A stretch of 64,000 nt of DNA from Kiritimatiellia bacterium (GCA_040767085.1 JAXGPF010000006.1:64001-128000), one strand, 5' to 3'; counted from the first letter of the stretch, positions 26,815-36,249 are shown. The notes: generated by a model from the sequence alone, not told the origin. Program-made: numbers and translations.

Positions 26815-27462
26815 ATGAGCGCCATTGACCAGTCGCTGCTGACCGCGCGGGTGTACGAGCACCTCCGGGAACGCATTGTCAACAAGACCTTCCCCGCCGG
26901 CGCGCGGCTGGCGGAGGAAACCATCTCCGCCGAGTTGGAAGTCAGCCGCACCCCCGTGCGCGAAGCCCTGCACCGCCTGACGCAGGAAGGCTTTGTTGTT
27001 TACGCGCCCCGGCGCGGCTGCCGCGTCAAACCGCTCAGCTGCCGGGAAGTCGAGGATATTTTCGAATTGCGCTCCATCCTGGAGCCGCTGGCTTTGCGGG
27101 AAGCCTGGCCCCGCATCACGCCAGCGGATATCGCGCGCCTGGAAACCCGGCTGGCGGAACTGGACCGCATATCCGCCGGCGGCCAGTCCCAGGCGGCCCT
27201 GGCCGCCGACGACGATCTCCACGACCTGTTTTGCCAGCGCTGTTCCAACCGCTACCTGCGCGAATATCTGCGCCACCTGATCCAGTTGAGCCGCCCTTAC
27301 CGCAGTTTCGGCGCCGGCGCCCGCGCGCACCTGCGTCAATTGCACCGGCAGCGCAAGCAAATCCTGGCGGCGCTGCGCGCCGGCCGGAAGGAACTGGCCG
27401 GACAATTGCTGCAACGTCACATCCGCGCGGGACAACAGGAAATTTTATCGCGTTTGGCATGA
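26815..27462 (+). CDS. GntR-family (FCD) transcriptional regulator
   Basis: VYEHLRERI..AGARL.E..ELEVSRTPVREAL HTH; FCD-like C-terminus. Confidence 0.92.
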   Translation: MSAIDQSLLTARVYEHLRERIVNKTFPAGARLAEETISAELEVSRTPVREALHRLTQEGFVVYAPRRGCRVKPLSCREVEDIFELRSILEPLALREAWPRITPADIARLETRLAELDRISAGGQSQAALAADDDLHDLFCQRCSNRYLREYLRHLIQLSRPYRSFGAGARAHLRQLHRQRKQILAALRAGRKELAGQLLQRHIRAGQQEILSRLA

Positions 27463-27472
27463 GGCAAAAAAC

Positions 27473-28150
27473 ATGCAGACCAACCGGCATGACTTGGTGG
27501 ATTTGAACGCCCAGGGCCTGGCCATGGCCCTGCACAGCCTGGCGCCGGTCAGCGGCGGCGCCGCGGCCCTGGCGTACATGCGCCGCCTGATCCAGGGCGG
27601 CACGGACCGCCCGTTGCCGGGCATTGTGCGGCGCGGCGAGCCGGAGCTGCCGCCGGATGCCGTCGCCGTGGGGTTCAGCAGTCCCGTGGCGACGCAGGGC
27701 GCGCGCCGGCGGGCGGCCGCCGTGGTCCGCCCGGCCGGGATCGCCCGGCAAACCACGCCCTACACCGTGTTCCAATTGCCGTTCGCGGGCCGTTCGCCCG
27801 CCCTGCGCGCGGCGCTGGCCATCCGGCGGATTTTCGCCGGCCAGTCCAGCATCGGCATCTGGGGGTCAGCCGCCTTGGAAATTTACACCGGCCTGCCTTT
27901 TACGCATGCCGCCTCCGACATAGACCTGGTGCTGCGGGGCGTCCGCGCCGGCGAAATCCGCGCGACCGTGGCAGAGATTGACCGCGCGGCCGGCGCCGCG
28001 GGAGTGCGGGCGGATGTCGAAATTACGCTCCGCTCCGGCATGGGCATCAATGCCCGGGAATACCTGTCGGAGGCGCCGATGCTGCTGGCGAAAAGCCTGC
28101 GCGCCGTGGGATTAATGCCCCGGGCGGCGGCGCTGCGGGCGCTGGCGTGA
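27473..28150 (+). CDS. mdcG: Malonate decarboxylase holo-ACP synthase (phosphoribosyl-dephospho-CoA transferase)
   Basis: RHDLV, IVRR, WGSAALEIYTG, SDIDL, ADVEI, LLAKS; operon context. Confidence 0.85.
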   Translation: MQTNRHDLVDLNAQGLAMALHSLAPVSGGAAALAYMRRLIQGGTDRPLPGIVRRGEPELPPDAVAVGFSSPVATQGARRRAAAVVRPAGIARQTTPYTVFQLPFAGRSPALRAALAIRRIFAGQSSIGIWGSAALEIYTGLPFTHAASDIDLVLRGVRAGEIRATVAEIDRAAGAAGVRADVEITLRSGMGINAREYLSEAPMLLAKSLRAVGLMPRAAALRALA

Positions 28151-28195
28151 TGCCGGCGCGGGCGGGCAACCAAAATAAAAATTAATGGTTTAACC

Positions 28196-29101
28196 ATGTC
28201 CAAAATAAATCCAATATCTGCAACATTGCCAGCGGACGGGCCCGGCTGGATTGCGGAAATCGCCGTCCGGGCCATGCTGCTGGAAGCCGCCGCCACTCCC
28301 AAGCCGGGATTGGTGGACCTGGAAAACAGCGGCGCGCATGCGGACATGAATTATTTCACGTTCCTGCGCGGCACGGCCGCCCTGGCGCCCTGGATGCAGC
28401 GGCTGGCGCAGCGGGGCTGGGATCATGCCGGCAGCCTGCCAGCGCTGTTCGCCGCGCTGCGCCCGCTCGGCCGGGCCGCGGAAAAGGCCATGCTGCGCGC
28501 CACGGGCAATGTCAACACGCAGCGCGGCCTGGTGTTTTCCGTGGGGCTGGCCTGCGGCATCGCCGGCCGCCTGGCGCGCACGGAGGGCTGCATCACGGCC
28601 GCGCGGCTTTGCCGGCAGATGGCGGCGTCCGCCCGCGGCCTGTGCGCGCGGGAATTGCAGGGGCTGCCCGCTGCGGCGCCGGGCCGGCGTTTAACGCCGG
28701 GCGAACGGGCCTTCCGCCGGCATGGCGCGGCCGGGGTGCGCGGCGAGATCGAAAAAGGACTGCCCCTGGTGCGCCGGCAAGGCCTGCCGGCGCTGCGCCT
28801 GGCGCTGCGCCGGGGCTGCACGATCAACGACGCCGCGCTGCACGCGCTGGTCGGCATCCTGGAGAAGATTGTTGACACCACCATCCTGCACCGGCACAAT
28901 CCGCGCGTCATGCGACAGGCGCAAAGCGCGGCGCGCGCCATCCTCGCGGCGGGCAGCGTTTTTACGGAAGCCGGGCGCCGGCTTTTAAGGAACACCGGCG
29001 CGGAGTTCACTGCGCAAAACATCAGTCCGGGCGGCGCGGCCGATCTGCTGGCGCTGACCCTGGCCTGTCACTACTGGGAAAGCGAGGTCAAGCTGCAATG
29101 A
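28196..29101 (+). CDS. mdcB: Triphosphoribosyl-dephospho-CoA synthase (CitG/MdcB)
   Basis: TPKPGLVD..SGAHADM, ATGNVNTQRG, GVRGE, DTTILHR, SPGGAADLLA. Confidence 0.93.
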   Translation: MSKINPISATLPADGPGWIAEIAVRAMLLEAAATPKPGLVDLENSGAHADMNYFTFLRGTAALAPWMQRLAQRGWDHAGSLPALFAALRPLGRAAEKAMLRATGNVNTQRGLVFSVGLACGIAGRLARTEGCITAARLCRQMAASARGLCARELQGLPAAAPGRRLTPGERAFRRHGAAGVRGEIEKGLPLVRRQGLPALRLALRRGCTINDAALHALVGILEKIVDTTILHRHNPRVMRQAQSAARAILAAGSVFTEAGRRLLRNTGAEFTAQNISPGGAADLLALTLACHYWESEVKLQ

Positions 29102-29217
29102 CGACATTATTAACCGGTATTTCCGTCACCATCCTGGGCATGACGGTGACCTTCGTCGGCCTGGCGGGATTATGGGGCGCCATTACAATCATCGGGATAA
29201 TCGTCAACCGCCGGTAG
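29098..29217 (+). CDS. 39-aa OadG-like single-TM subunit of the Na+-transporting decarboxylase
   Basis: Below the ORF-track cutoff: MTTLLTGISVTILGMTVTFVGLAGLWGAITIIGIIVNRR*. ATGA overlap with the mdcB stop; OadG-type GxxxTxxGMxxxFxxL; sits directly before the beta subunit. Confidence 0.8.
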   Translation: MTTLLTGISVTILGMTVTFVGLAGLWGAITIIGIIVNRR

Positions 29218-29244
29218 AGTTGCTTTCAATTGCGGAGCTTATTT

Positions 29245-30384
29245 ATGCATGGATTACTGGAAAGTTTTGCGCGGTTCGGCGCCGGCACGGGATTTGCCGC
29301 TTTCACCTGGGGGCATGGCGTCATGCTGGCCATTGCCGGCTTGTTGCTGTACCTGGCCATCGTCAAAAAATTCGAGCCGCTGCTCCTGCTGCCGATCGGA
29401 TTCGGCATGCTGCTGGCCAACCTGCCCATCGGCGGCCTGATGGACGCGCCGCGCGACGGCGCCCTGGGCGGCCTGCTGTGGTACCTTTACCAGGGAGTGA
29501 AACTGGGGATTTATCCGCCGCTGATTTTCCTCGGTATCGGCGCCATGACGGATTTCGGCCCGCTGCTGGCCAATCCGAAAACGCTGCTGCTGGGCGCGGC
29601 GGCGCAATTCGGCATTTTCGGAACGTTTTTAGGCGCGCTGGCCATGGGGTTCACCCCCAGCGAATCGTCTTCCATCGGCATCATCGGCGGCGCCGACGGC
29701 CCGACCGCGATCTTCCTCACCGCCCGCCTGGCGCCGCACCTGCTGGGCGCGGTGGCGATCGCCGCGTACTCGTACATGGCGCTCGTGCCGATTATCCAGC
29801 CGCCGATCATGAAACTGCTGACCACGGCCCGGGAACGCGCCGCGCCCATGGCGCAGTTGCGCGAGGTTTCCCAGCGTGAAAAAATCATTTTCCCCGTGGC
29901 CGCCACCATCCTGGTGTGCCTGCTCGTGCCGGCGGCCGCGCCGCTGGTAGGCATGCTGATGCTGGGCAATCTGCTCCGCGAGTGCGGCGTAACCGAGCGG
30001 CTGAACCAGACGGCCCAGCATGAACTGATCAATATCGTCACCATTTTCCTGGGCCTCACCGTCGGCGCCACCACCGGCGCGGAATATTTTCTGCGCTGGC
30101 AGACAATCGGCATCATCGTGCTCGGCCTGCTGGCCTTCGCCATGGGCACGGCCGGCGGCGTCCTGCTGGGCAAGGCAATGTATTACCTGACTGGCGGCAA
30201 GGTTAACCCCCTGATCGGCGCCGCCGGCGTTTCCGCCGTGCCGATGGCCGCGCGGGTGGTGCAGAAGGTGGGCCAGCAGGCCAATCGGCAGAATTACCTG
30301 CTGATGCATGCCATGGGGCCGAATGTCGCCGGCGTAATCGGGTCGGCCCTGGCCGCGGGAATGTTGCTGTCGTTGTTCGGATGA
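29245..30384 (+). CDS. madB: Na+-transporting carboxybiotin decarboxylase beta subunit (OadB/MadB/GcdB family)
   Basis: [71 protein letters not shown]. Confidence 0.95.
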   Translation: MHGLLESFARFGAGTGFAAFTWGHGVMLAIAGLLLYLAIVKKFEPLLLLPIGFGMLLANLPIGGLMDAPRDGALGGLLWYLYQGVKLGIYPPLIFLGIGAMTDFGPLLANPKTLLLGAAAQFGIFGTFLGALAMGFTPSESSSIGIIGGADGPTAIFLTARLAPHLLGAVAIAAYSYMALVPIIQPPIMKLLTTARERAAPMAQLREVSQREKIIFPVAATILVCLLVPAAAPLVGMLMLGNLLRECGVTERLNQTAQHELINIVTIFLGLTVGATTGAEYFLRWQTIGIIVLGLLAFAMGTAGGVLLGKAMYYLTGGKVNPLIGAAGVSAVPMAARVVQKVGQQANRQNYLLMHAMGPNVAGVIGSALAAGMLLSLFG

Positions 30385-30394
30385 AAGGAAAAAC

Positions 30395-30874
30395 ATGACG
30401 CTTAATAAAGATGTGCTCATCGAATTGATGCAAAAAGTCCGCGAGAGCGGCATCCGGGAATTGATCGTCACTCACGACCGCGTGGAAATCCGGACGGGGG
30501 AACCAATCGCGGCCGGGCGCGTTTTGCCGGCAACCTCCGCCCCCGCTCCAGTCCCAGCCGCCGCGGCAGGGCCGCTCGCGGCCGATGCCCCGGCGGCGCC
30601 CGCGGCTGATGCCGCGCCGGGCAAGACCGCGGAGGCCGTGGCGGCGCCCATTCCCGGCATGGTTTTCGTGGCGCCGGGCCAGGACCTCAACCAGCGGCCG
30701 CTGCCCGGCCCCGGGGCCGCCGTGCGGGAAGGCGATGTGGTCGCCCTGGTCGAGGCCATGAAAATGTTCAACGAGATATACGCCCCGGCTGCGGGCGTGA
30801 TTGACCGGATTGCCGCCGGTAACAAGACCATGGTGAAAGTCGGCGATCCCATCCTCTTCATCCGGCCGGACTAG
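30395..30874 (+). CDS. Biotin carboxyl carrier protein (AccB/MadF-like)
   Basis: EAMKM biotinylation motif, Ala/Pro linker, AccB-like N-terminus. Confidence 0.92.
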   Translation: MTLNKDVLIELMQKVRESGIRELIVTHDRVEIRTGEPIAAGRVLPATSAPAPVPAAAAGPLAADAPAAPAADAAPGKTAEAVAAPIPGMVFVAPGQDLNQRPLPGPGAAVREGDVVALVEAMKMFNEIYAPAAGVIDRIAAGNKTMVKVGDPILFIRPD

Positions 30875-30908
30875 CCTGCCGCGCCGGCACCGGGAGGGCC
30901 GGCATGCC

Positions 30909-32669
30909 ATGACGATCAACCAGAGTTTTCTTGAAAGCATTTTCGGCGCGCCAGCCGGCACTCCGGCGGCGACGGCCGCCCGGCCGGCCGCCCCGCGGGA
31001 GGCATCTGCGCCGGCAACCGGCTGGAACAAGCTGCGCCAGAACTACTGCGCGCGGCTGGCGCGGGCCGCCCCCATTGCCGGCGGCGCCAAACTGGTGGAT
31101 TCCGCGCGGATCACGGAACTGCTGCAGGCGGTGATCGAGCCGGGCGACCTGGTGGCGCTGGAAGGCAACAACCAGAAACAGGCCGACTTCCTGGCCCGCG
31201 CGCTGGTCCGGCTGAATCCCGAACGGATACACGACCTGCACATGGTGCAATCCGTGCTGGCCTTGCCGGAACACCTGGACCTCTTCGAAAAAGGTATCGC
31301 GCGCAAGGTGGATTTCTGTTATTCCGGACCGCAAGCCGCCCGCCTGACGGAACTGTTGGAAAACCGCCGGATCGAAATCTGCGCCATCCACACCTACCTG
31401 GAGCAATACGCCCGGTACTTCGTGGATTTGACGCCGCGCGTGGCGCTGGTGGCCGCCGATTATGCCGATCCCCAGGGAAACCTCTATACCGGCTACAACA
31501 CCGAGGATACGCCCGTGCTGTGCGAAGCCGCCCACTTCAAGGCCGGGCTGGTGATCGCCCAGGTCAACGCCATCCGCGACGATCTGCCGCGCGTGGATGT
31601 GCCGGGCGGCTGGGTGGATTTCGTCGTGACGGCGGACCGTCCCTACTATATCGAACCGCTCTTCACCCGCGATCCGCAAGCCATTACCGACACCCAAATC
31701 CTCATCGCCATGCTCTGCCTGAAGGGGATTTACGCCCGTTACGGCGTGCAAACCCTCAACCATGGCGTCGGCTTCAACACGGCGGCCATCGAATTGCTGC
31801 TGCCGACCTACGGCGCGGAACTGGGTTTGCAGGGCAAAACCTGCTCGCATTTCATGCTCAACCCCCATCCCACGCTCATCCCCGCCATCGAATCCGGCTG
31901 GGTGCGGAGCGTTTATTCGCCCGGCGGGGAACTGGGCATGGAAAACTACGTGCGCGCCCGGCCGGACGTTTTCTTCGTCGGCCCCGACGGCTACATGCGC
32001 TCCAACCGCGCCTTCGCCCAGACCGCCGGGCTGTACGGCATTGACATGTTCGTCGGCTCCACCCTGCAGATCGACCAGTACGGCAACAGTTCCACGGCCA
32101 CCGCGCGGCGTATCGCCGGCTTCGGCGGCGCGCCGAACATCGGCTGCGACGCCCCCGGCCGCCGCCACGCTTCGCCCGCCTGGCAGGCCGCCGGCGCCGA
32201 ATGCCGGTTCCAGCGCGATTTGATCGGGTCCATGCCCCGCGGCAAGAAACTCGTGGTGCAGGCCGTGGAGACTTTTGCCGAGGGCATGCGTCCCGCCTTC
32301 GTCGAAAAACTCGACGCCTGGGCCCTGGCCGAGAAATACGGTTTCCAGCAGCCGCCGGTGATGATTTACTCCGACAACCTGACGCACATCGTCACCGAAG
32401 AAGGCATCGCCAGCCTCCACCAATGCGCCACCCTGGCCGAACGCATGGCCGCCGTCAGCGCGGTGGCCGGCTATACCGAAATCGGGGCGCGCGTTACCGC
32501 GCGGCAGCGGCAGGATTTGCGCGACCGGGGCATTGTGCAAACGCCGGCGGACCTGGGCATCGATCCGGCCCGCGCCAATCACGAACTGCTGGCGGCTCGC
32601 AACATGCGCGACCTGGTCCAGTGGTCGGGCGGCTTGTATGATCCGCCGGGACGGTTCCGTAACTGGTAA
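30909..32669 (+). CDS. mdcA: Malonate decarboxylase alpha subunit (acetyl-S-ACP:malonate ACP transferase)
   Basis: LEGNNQKQADFL, IHTYLE, NTEDTP, LNHGVGFNTAAIELLLPT, GFGGAPN, WSGGLYDPP. Confidence 0.96.
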   Translation: MTINQSFLESIFGAPAGTPAATAARPAAPREASAPATGWNKLRQNYCARLARAAPIAGGAKLVDSARITELLQAVIEPGDLVALEGNNQKQADFLARALVRLNPERIHDLHMVQSVLALPEHLDLFEKGIARKVDFCYSGPQAARLTELLENRRIEICAIHTYLEQYARYFVDLTPRVALVAADYADPQGNLYTGYNTEDTPVLCEAAHFKAGLVIAQVNAIRDDLPRVDVPGGWVDFVVTADRPYYIEPLFTRDPQAITDTQILIAMLCLKGIYARYGVQTLNHGVGFNTAAIELLLPTYGAELGLQGKTCSHFMLNPHPTLIPAIESGWVRSVYSPGGELGMENYVRARPDVFFVGPDGYMRSNRAFAQTAGLYGIDMFVGSTLQIDQYGNSSTATARRIAGFGGAPNIGCDAPGRRHASPAWQAAGAECRFQRDLIGSMPRGKKLVVQAVETFAEGMRPAFVEKLDAWALAEKYGFQQPPVMIYSDNLTHIVTEEGIASLHQCATLAERMAAVSAVAGYTEIGARVTARQRQDLRDRGIVQTPADLGIDPARANHELLAARNMRDLVQWSGGLYDPPGRFRNW

Positions 32670-32707
32670 TCCAGATTCAGGTTAATTTATCCGGCATGGG
32701 AGGGAAA

Positions 32708-33022
32708 ATGGCTGTCGCCGAATTTACGCTTGCATTTACCGCCGCCAGGATCAAACCGCTGGCGGCCGCATGGTCGCACGCCGGCGTGGTTTCGTCCGGC
32801 GACCTGGAAGTTTTGATCAAGCCCGATGCCGGCAGCGGCCGGGCCGTGTTCCATGTCCGGACCAAGGCGGCGGGCTTCGAGGCCGTCTGGCGCCAGGTGC
32901 TCGAGCGCCTGACGCAGCGCCTGGAACTAGGCGATGTCCAGGTCTATATCAACGATAATGCCGCCACGCCGCCGGTAGTGGCGCGGCGAATTGAACAAGC
33001 CGTGCGGGAGGGCAGTGAATAG
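32708..33022 (+). CDS. mdcC: Malonate decarboxylase acyl carrier protein (delta)
   Basis: GVVSSGDLEVL prosthetic-group Ser motif; INDNAATPPVV; GGAGG RBS. Confidence 0.92.
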   Translation: MAVAEFTLAFTAARIKPLAAAWSHAGVVSSGDLEVLIKPDAGSGRAVFHVRTKAAGFEAVWRQVLERLTQRLELGDVQVYINDNAATPPVVARRIEQAVREGSE

Positions 33023-33048
33023 CGGTCGGAAGTGGTCGGCATCCGGGA

Positions 33049-33170
33049 TTCAGTGTTCGGGATTCCGGCGTAAAACCTTAACACCCTAAAACCTTAAAAC
33101 TTCCAAAACTTCAGTGTTCGGGTTTCCGGCGTAAAACCTTAAAACCCTAAAACCTTAAAACTTCCAAAAC
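33049..33170 (+). repeat. Two tandem 61-bp mini-copies of the 8-mer-array element inside the mdc operon
   Basis: ttcagtgttcggg(a/t)ttccggcgtaaaaccttaa(c/a)accctaaaaccttaaaacttccaaaac at 33049 and 33110 (2 mismatches). Confidence 0.85.
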
Positions 33171-33204
33171 GTGAGTTTGGGAGAATGTTCGGCGAGATGC
33201 ATGC

Positions 33205-34188
33205 ATGAATAAATCCAATTGGGAATCTTTACAGACACAGAGTTTCGCCCGCGCTTCCGCCCGCGCCCGCGCCCGGGGGATGCTGGACCCGGGCGCCTTC
33301 CGCGAAACCCTCGGCCCGCCGGCCATGCTCACCAGCCCGCATTTGCCGGTGCTGGGCGAGGTGGCGGAATTCGACGATGGGATGGTCGCCGGCGTCGGCC
33401 GGCTGGACGGCCGGCCGGTCTTCCTGGTTTCCATGGAAGGCGGTTTTTTCGGCGGCGGCATCGGCGAGGTCAACGGCGCCAAGATGTTTGCCGCCATCCG
33501 CCTGGCCGTGGAAACCTGCGCGGCGCTGGAACAACAGCATGGCGGATCCCTGCCGGATGGGCGCCGGCCGGCTGTGGTCATTTCCTTCGACACGGGCGGG
33601 GTGCGCCTGCACGAGGCCAATGCCGGCCTGCTGGCGCACGCGGAAATCATTGACGCCATCCAGGATGCCCGCGCTCAGGACGTGCCCTTGATTGCGCTGT
33701 GCGGCGGCCGCATCGGCGCCTTCGGCGGCATGGGATTTGTCATCATGGCCGCCGACGTCATCATCATGAACGAGCAGGGCCGTATCGGCCTGACGGGGCC
33801 GGAAGTGATCGAGCAGGAGATGGGGCCGGCGGAGTTCGACGCCTCCGACCGCGCCCTGGTCTGGCGCACCACGGGCGCCAAACACCGCTACATCATGGGT
33901 GATTGCGACTATCTCGTGGAAGACTCCATCGGCGCCTTTCGGCGCCAGGCGCAGGCCGTGCTGCGGCTGGACCGACCAACCATCGCCGGCATGCGCAAGA
34001 CCGGCGCCCCGGCGCTGGTCCGGCGCGAAAAGCAGCGCGTGGCGCTGGCCGCGCAAAATGGCATCAAGGATTCCGCGGACCTGTGGCGCCTGGCGGGCAA
34101 TCCCAACCCGGCGGCGCTGACGGAAATGCCGCTCGCAGAATTTTTGAAAAACGTGTCCCGGCTGCCGCCGCCGCCGATCCCGAATTGA
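33205..34188 (+). CDS. mdcD: Malonate decarboxylase beta / carboxyltransferase subunit (MdcD/MadC)
   Basis: SPHL, FDDG, GGGIGEVNGAK, DTGGVRLHEAN, FGGMG, GLTGPEVIEQE. Confidence 0.92.
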   Translation: MNKSNWESLQTQSFARASARARARGMLDPGAFRETLGPPAMLTSPHLPVLGEVAEFDDGMVAGVGRLDGRPVFLVSMEGGFFGGGIGEVNGAKMFAAIRLAVETCAALEQQHGGSLPDGRRPAVVISFDTGGVRLHEANAGLLAHAEIIDAIQDARAQDVPLIALCGGRIGAFGGMGFVIMAADVIIMNEQGRIGLTGPEVIEQEMGPAEFDASDRALVWRTTGAKHRYIMGDCDYLVEDSIGAFRRQAQAVLRLDRPTIAGMRKTGAPALVRREKQRVALAAQNGIKDSADLWRLAGNPNPAALTEMPLAEFLKNVSRLPPPPIPN

Positions 34189-34214
34189 TTGAAAGCATTT
34201 TTTACACCAATATC

Positions 34215-35141
34215 ATGCAAAATTCAGACATGAACTTTATCGGCAAGGGGCGCGCGGCCATCGAACTGCTGGTGGACGCAGGCAGCTTCCAAGAAAACAT
34301 TGTCGGGGCCGCATCGTTCGACCCGGCATACGCCCAGCCGGCGGTGGTCGGCACGGCGCAGTTGGACGGCCGGCCGGCGACCGTGATCGCCAACGACGCC
34401 CGTAAAAGCAACCCGCGTTTCAAGGTGGTGTACAGCGGCGTGATCGGCCTCGAGGAAGCCTACAAGATGGCCGAGGCGGTGTATGCCTCCATCGAGGCCG
34501 ACCGCGCCCGGCCGCCGGCGGAGAAACGTCCCATCCTGCTGGTGGTGGACACGCCGGGCAACGCGCCCGGCAAGCTGGAGGAAATCATCGGGATGAACAA
34601 GGCCACCGTTGCCTACCAACTGGCCCTGTCCGAAGCGCGCAAGGCCGGGCATCCGTCGGCGGCGCTGGTGGTGGGCCGCGGCATCAGCGGCGCGTTTCTC
34701 TGCCACGGCCTGCACGCCGGCTCGGTCTTCAGCCTGTCCGAGCGCTACGGGACGATGGTGCATGTCATGCCGCTCACCAGCATTGCCCGGATCACCAAAA
34801 TCCCGCTGGAAGAATTGCAGCGGCATGTGGTTGACAATCCGGTCTTCGCTTCCGGCCCGGCCTTTGTGCACAAGCTGGGCGGCATCAATGAGATCGTGGA
34901 CGACATGGCGCAAGCGCGGCCGATGATCATCCAGGCCATCGCCGCCCAGCGCGCGGCATTTCCCCGCGGGGAAGAGCACGGCTTCGGCCCCGTCGGCCGG
35001 ATGCGGCTGGGCATTGAACGCGGCGGCCGGCCGGCCATCGGCGCGGTGCTGCGTCGGATGCGCCTGGAGGCGCAAGACGCCCTGCAGGCGCTGGGCCTGG
35101 CCGTATCAATCCCGGCCGCCGGACCCGGCCCCGGCGCATGA
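34215..35141 (+). CDS. mdcE: Malonate decarboxylase gamma / carboxyltransferase subunit (MdcE/MadD)
   Basis: GVIGLEE, KRPILLVVDTPG, ARKAGHP, GRGISGAFLCHG, VHVM. Start moved to ATG 34215 (or 34230). Confidence 0.88.
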   Translation: MQNSDMNFIGKGRAAIELLVDAGSFQENIVGAASFDPAYAQPAVVGTAQLDGRPATVIANDARKSNPRFKVVYSGVIGLEEAYKMAEAVYASIEADRARPPAEKRPILLVVDTPGNAPGKLEEIIGMNKATVAYQLALSEARKAGHPSAALVVGRGISGAFLCHGLHAGSVFSLSERYGTMVHVMPLTSIARITKIPLEELQRHVVDNPVFASGPAFVHKLGGINEIVDDMAQARPMIIQAIAAQRAAFPRGEEHGFGPVGRMRLGIERGGRPAIGAVLRRMRLEAQDALQALGLAVSIPAAGPGPGA

Positions 35142-35172
35142 TGCGATGGCGGGCGGCCTGGCCAATCGGGGA

Positions 35173-36249
35173 TTAACCCCGCGGATTTGCGTCGGCGGGG
35201 CCCGGCCAGGTTTGCAGGAATTTGACCAGCACCTTCAGCACATTGTCGAACACCGACAGCCGCGCCACCTCGAAGCCGTGGCTGTTTTCGCGGACATGTC
35301 CGATGAAGGCTACGCCGGGCGCCCCGCCGGCATCGTACACCGCGCTGGCGTCGGAACTCGGCTTGGTATAAACGACGCGCTGCAAGTCCACGCCGGCGGC
35401 GGCCGCCGCCGCGCTCAACGCCCGGATCAAGCGCTGGTCGTAGCAGATTTTAAAATCCTTGATCCAGAGGCCGGGCCGTCCGTCCAGTTTCAACGGCGTA
35501 TCCTGCATGACGGGGCAGCCGTCCACCGCGATGAACGCCGCCGGCTGCTCGCGGTGCGCCAGGACCTTGGCGCCGTGGCAACCGCCTTCTTCATGGACGG
35601 TGAAGGCCACCAGCAGCGGCCAGGCCGGCGAAATTTTCTCCGCGCGGATCGCCGCCAGCAGGCGCAGCAGCGCCACCATGCCCATGCGGTCGTCAAAAGT
35701 CCAGGCGCCGACCAGGGGGTCGGACGGATCCCCCAGCAAGACCGGGCCGCGGCCCGCGCGCGCCGGCACGAGCGAAGCGCCTTCCTGCACGCCGGCCGCG
35801 CGCAATTGCGCCTCGGACAACCCGGTCAACACCCAGTAGTCGCTCCAGTCCAGCGCCTTGTTCAGTTCGCGGATATGGCCCGACCCGCACGACAGCACGC
35901 CGGGCAGAATCGCGCCGTCGCCGATAATGTCCATCAGGCGTTCGCCGGTCTTATGCGGCATCAATCCGCCCGACGGCACAACGCGCAGACGGCCATCCGG
36001 CTCGATCCGGTTAACCATCAGGGCGATTTCATCCATGTGCGCCGCCAGGACCACCGGGGCGCCGCCTTTGCCTTCGGTCAACCGCACGAGCACGTTGCCC
36101 GCCGGATCGGTCTCCGGCGTGAAACCCAGCGCGGCGATTTTGCGCCGGACCAACTCCGCCATGGCGGCCTCCCGGCCGGGCGGCGCGGGCACCGCCAGCA
36201 ATTCTTCAAACAACGCTAGCGCCGGATGCTGCTGGCTTGATTTTGGCAT
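35173..36249 (-). CDS. M42-family metallo-aminopeptidase
   Basis: PPGRE, AAHMDEI, FDDRMG, TVHEEGG, AVDG, SDA, NSHG. Confidence 0.9.
   Translation of the reverse strand: MPKSSQQHPALALFEELLAVPAPPGREAAMAELVRRKIAALGFTPETDPAGNVLVRLTEGKGGAPVVLAAHMDEIALMVNRIEPDGRLRVVPSGGLMPHKTGERLMDIIGDGAILPGVLSCGSGHIRELNKALDWSDYWVLTGLSEAQLRAAGVQEGASLVPARAGRGPVLLGDPSDPLVGAWTFDDRMGMVALLRLLAAIRAEKISPAWPLLVAFTVHEEGGCHGAKVLAHREQPAAFIAVDGCPVMQDTPLKLDGRPGLWIKDFKICYDQRLIRALSAAAAAAGVDLQRVVYTKPSSDASAVYDAGGAPGVAFIGHVRENSHGFEVARLSVFDNVLKVLVKFLQTWPGPADANPRG

Noticed and set aside
29172-29879. Alternative ORF overlapping the mdcB-madB gap
   Set aside because: It is an Arg/Pro-rich off-frame translation of madB; the 39-aa TM ORF explains the gap better.
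30395-30874. Biotin carrier as the housekeeping accB of acetyl-CoA carboxylase
   Set aside because: There is no adjacent accC and it is embedded between madB and mdcA, although a dual role cannot be excluded.
30858-32582. Long antisense ORFs (also 4382-5857, 51560-52849, 56518-58167, 59232-60644)
   Set aside because: These are shadow frames opposite well-supported genes, expected in GC-rich DNA, and have no motifs.
33903-34214. Long N-terminal extensions in the ORF track (mdcE; also 5988, 6919, 37028, 50787, 54372, 58479)
   Set aside because: They overlap neighbouring genes or repeats; downstream starts fit RBS position and family length better.
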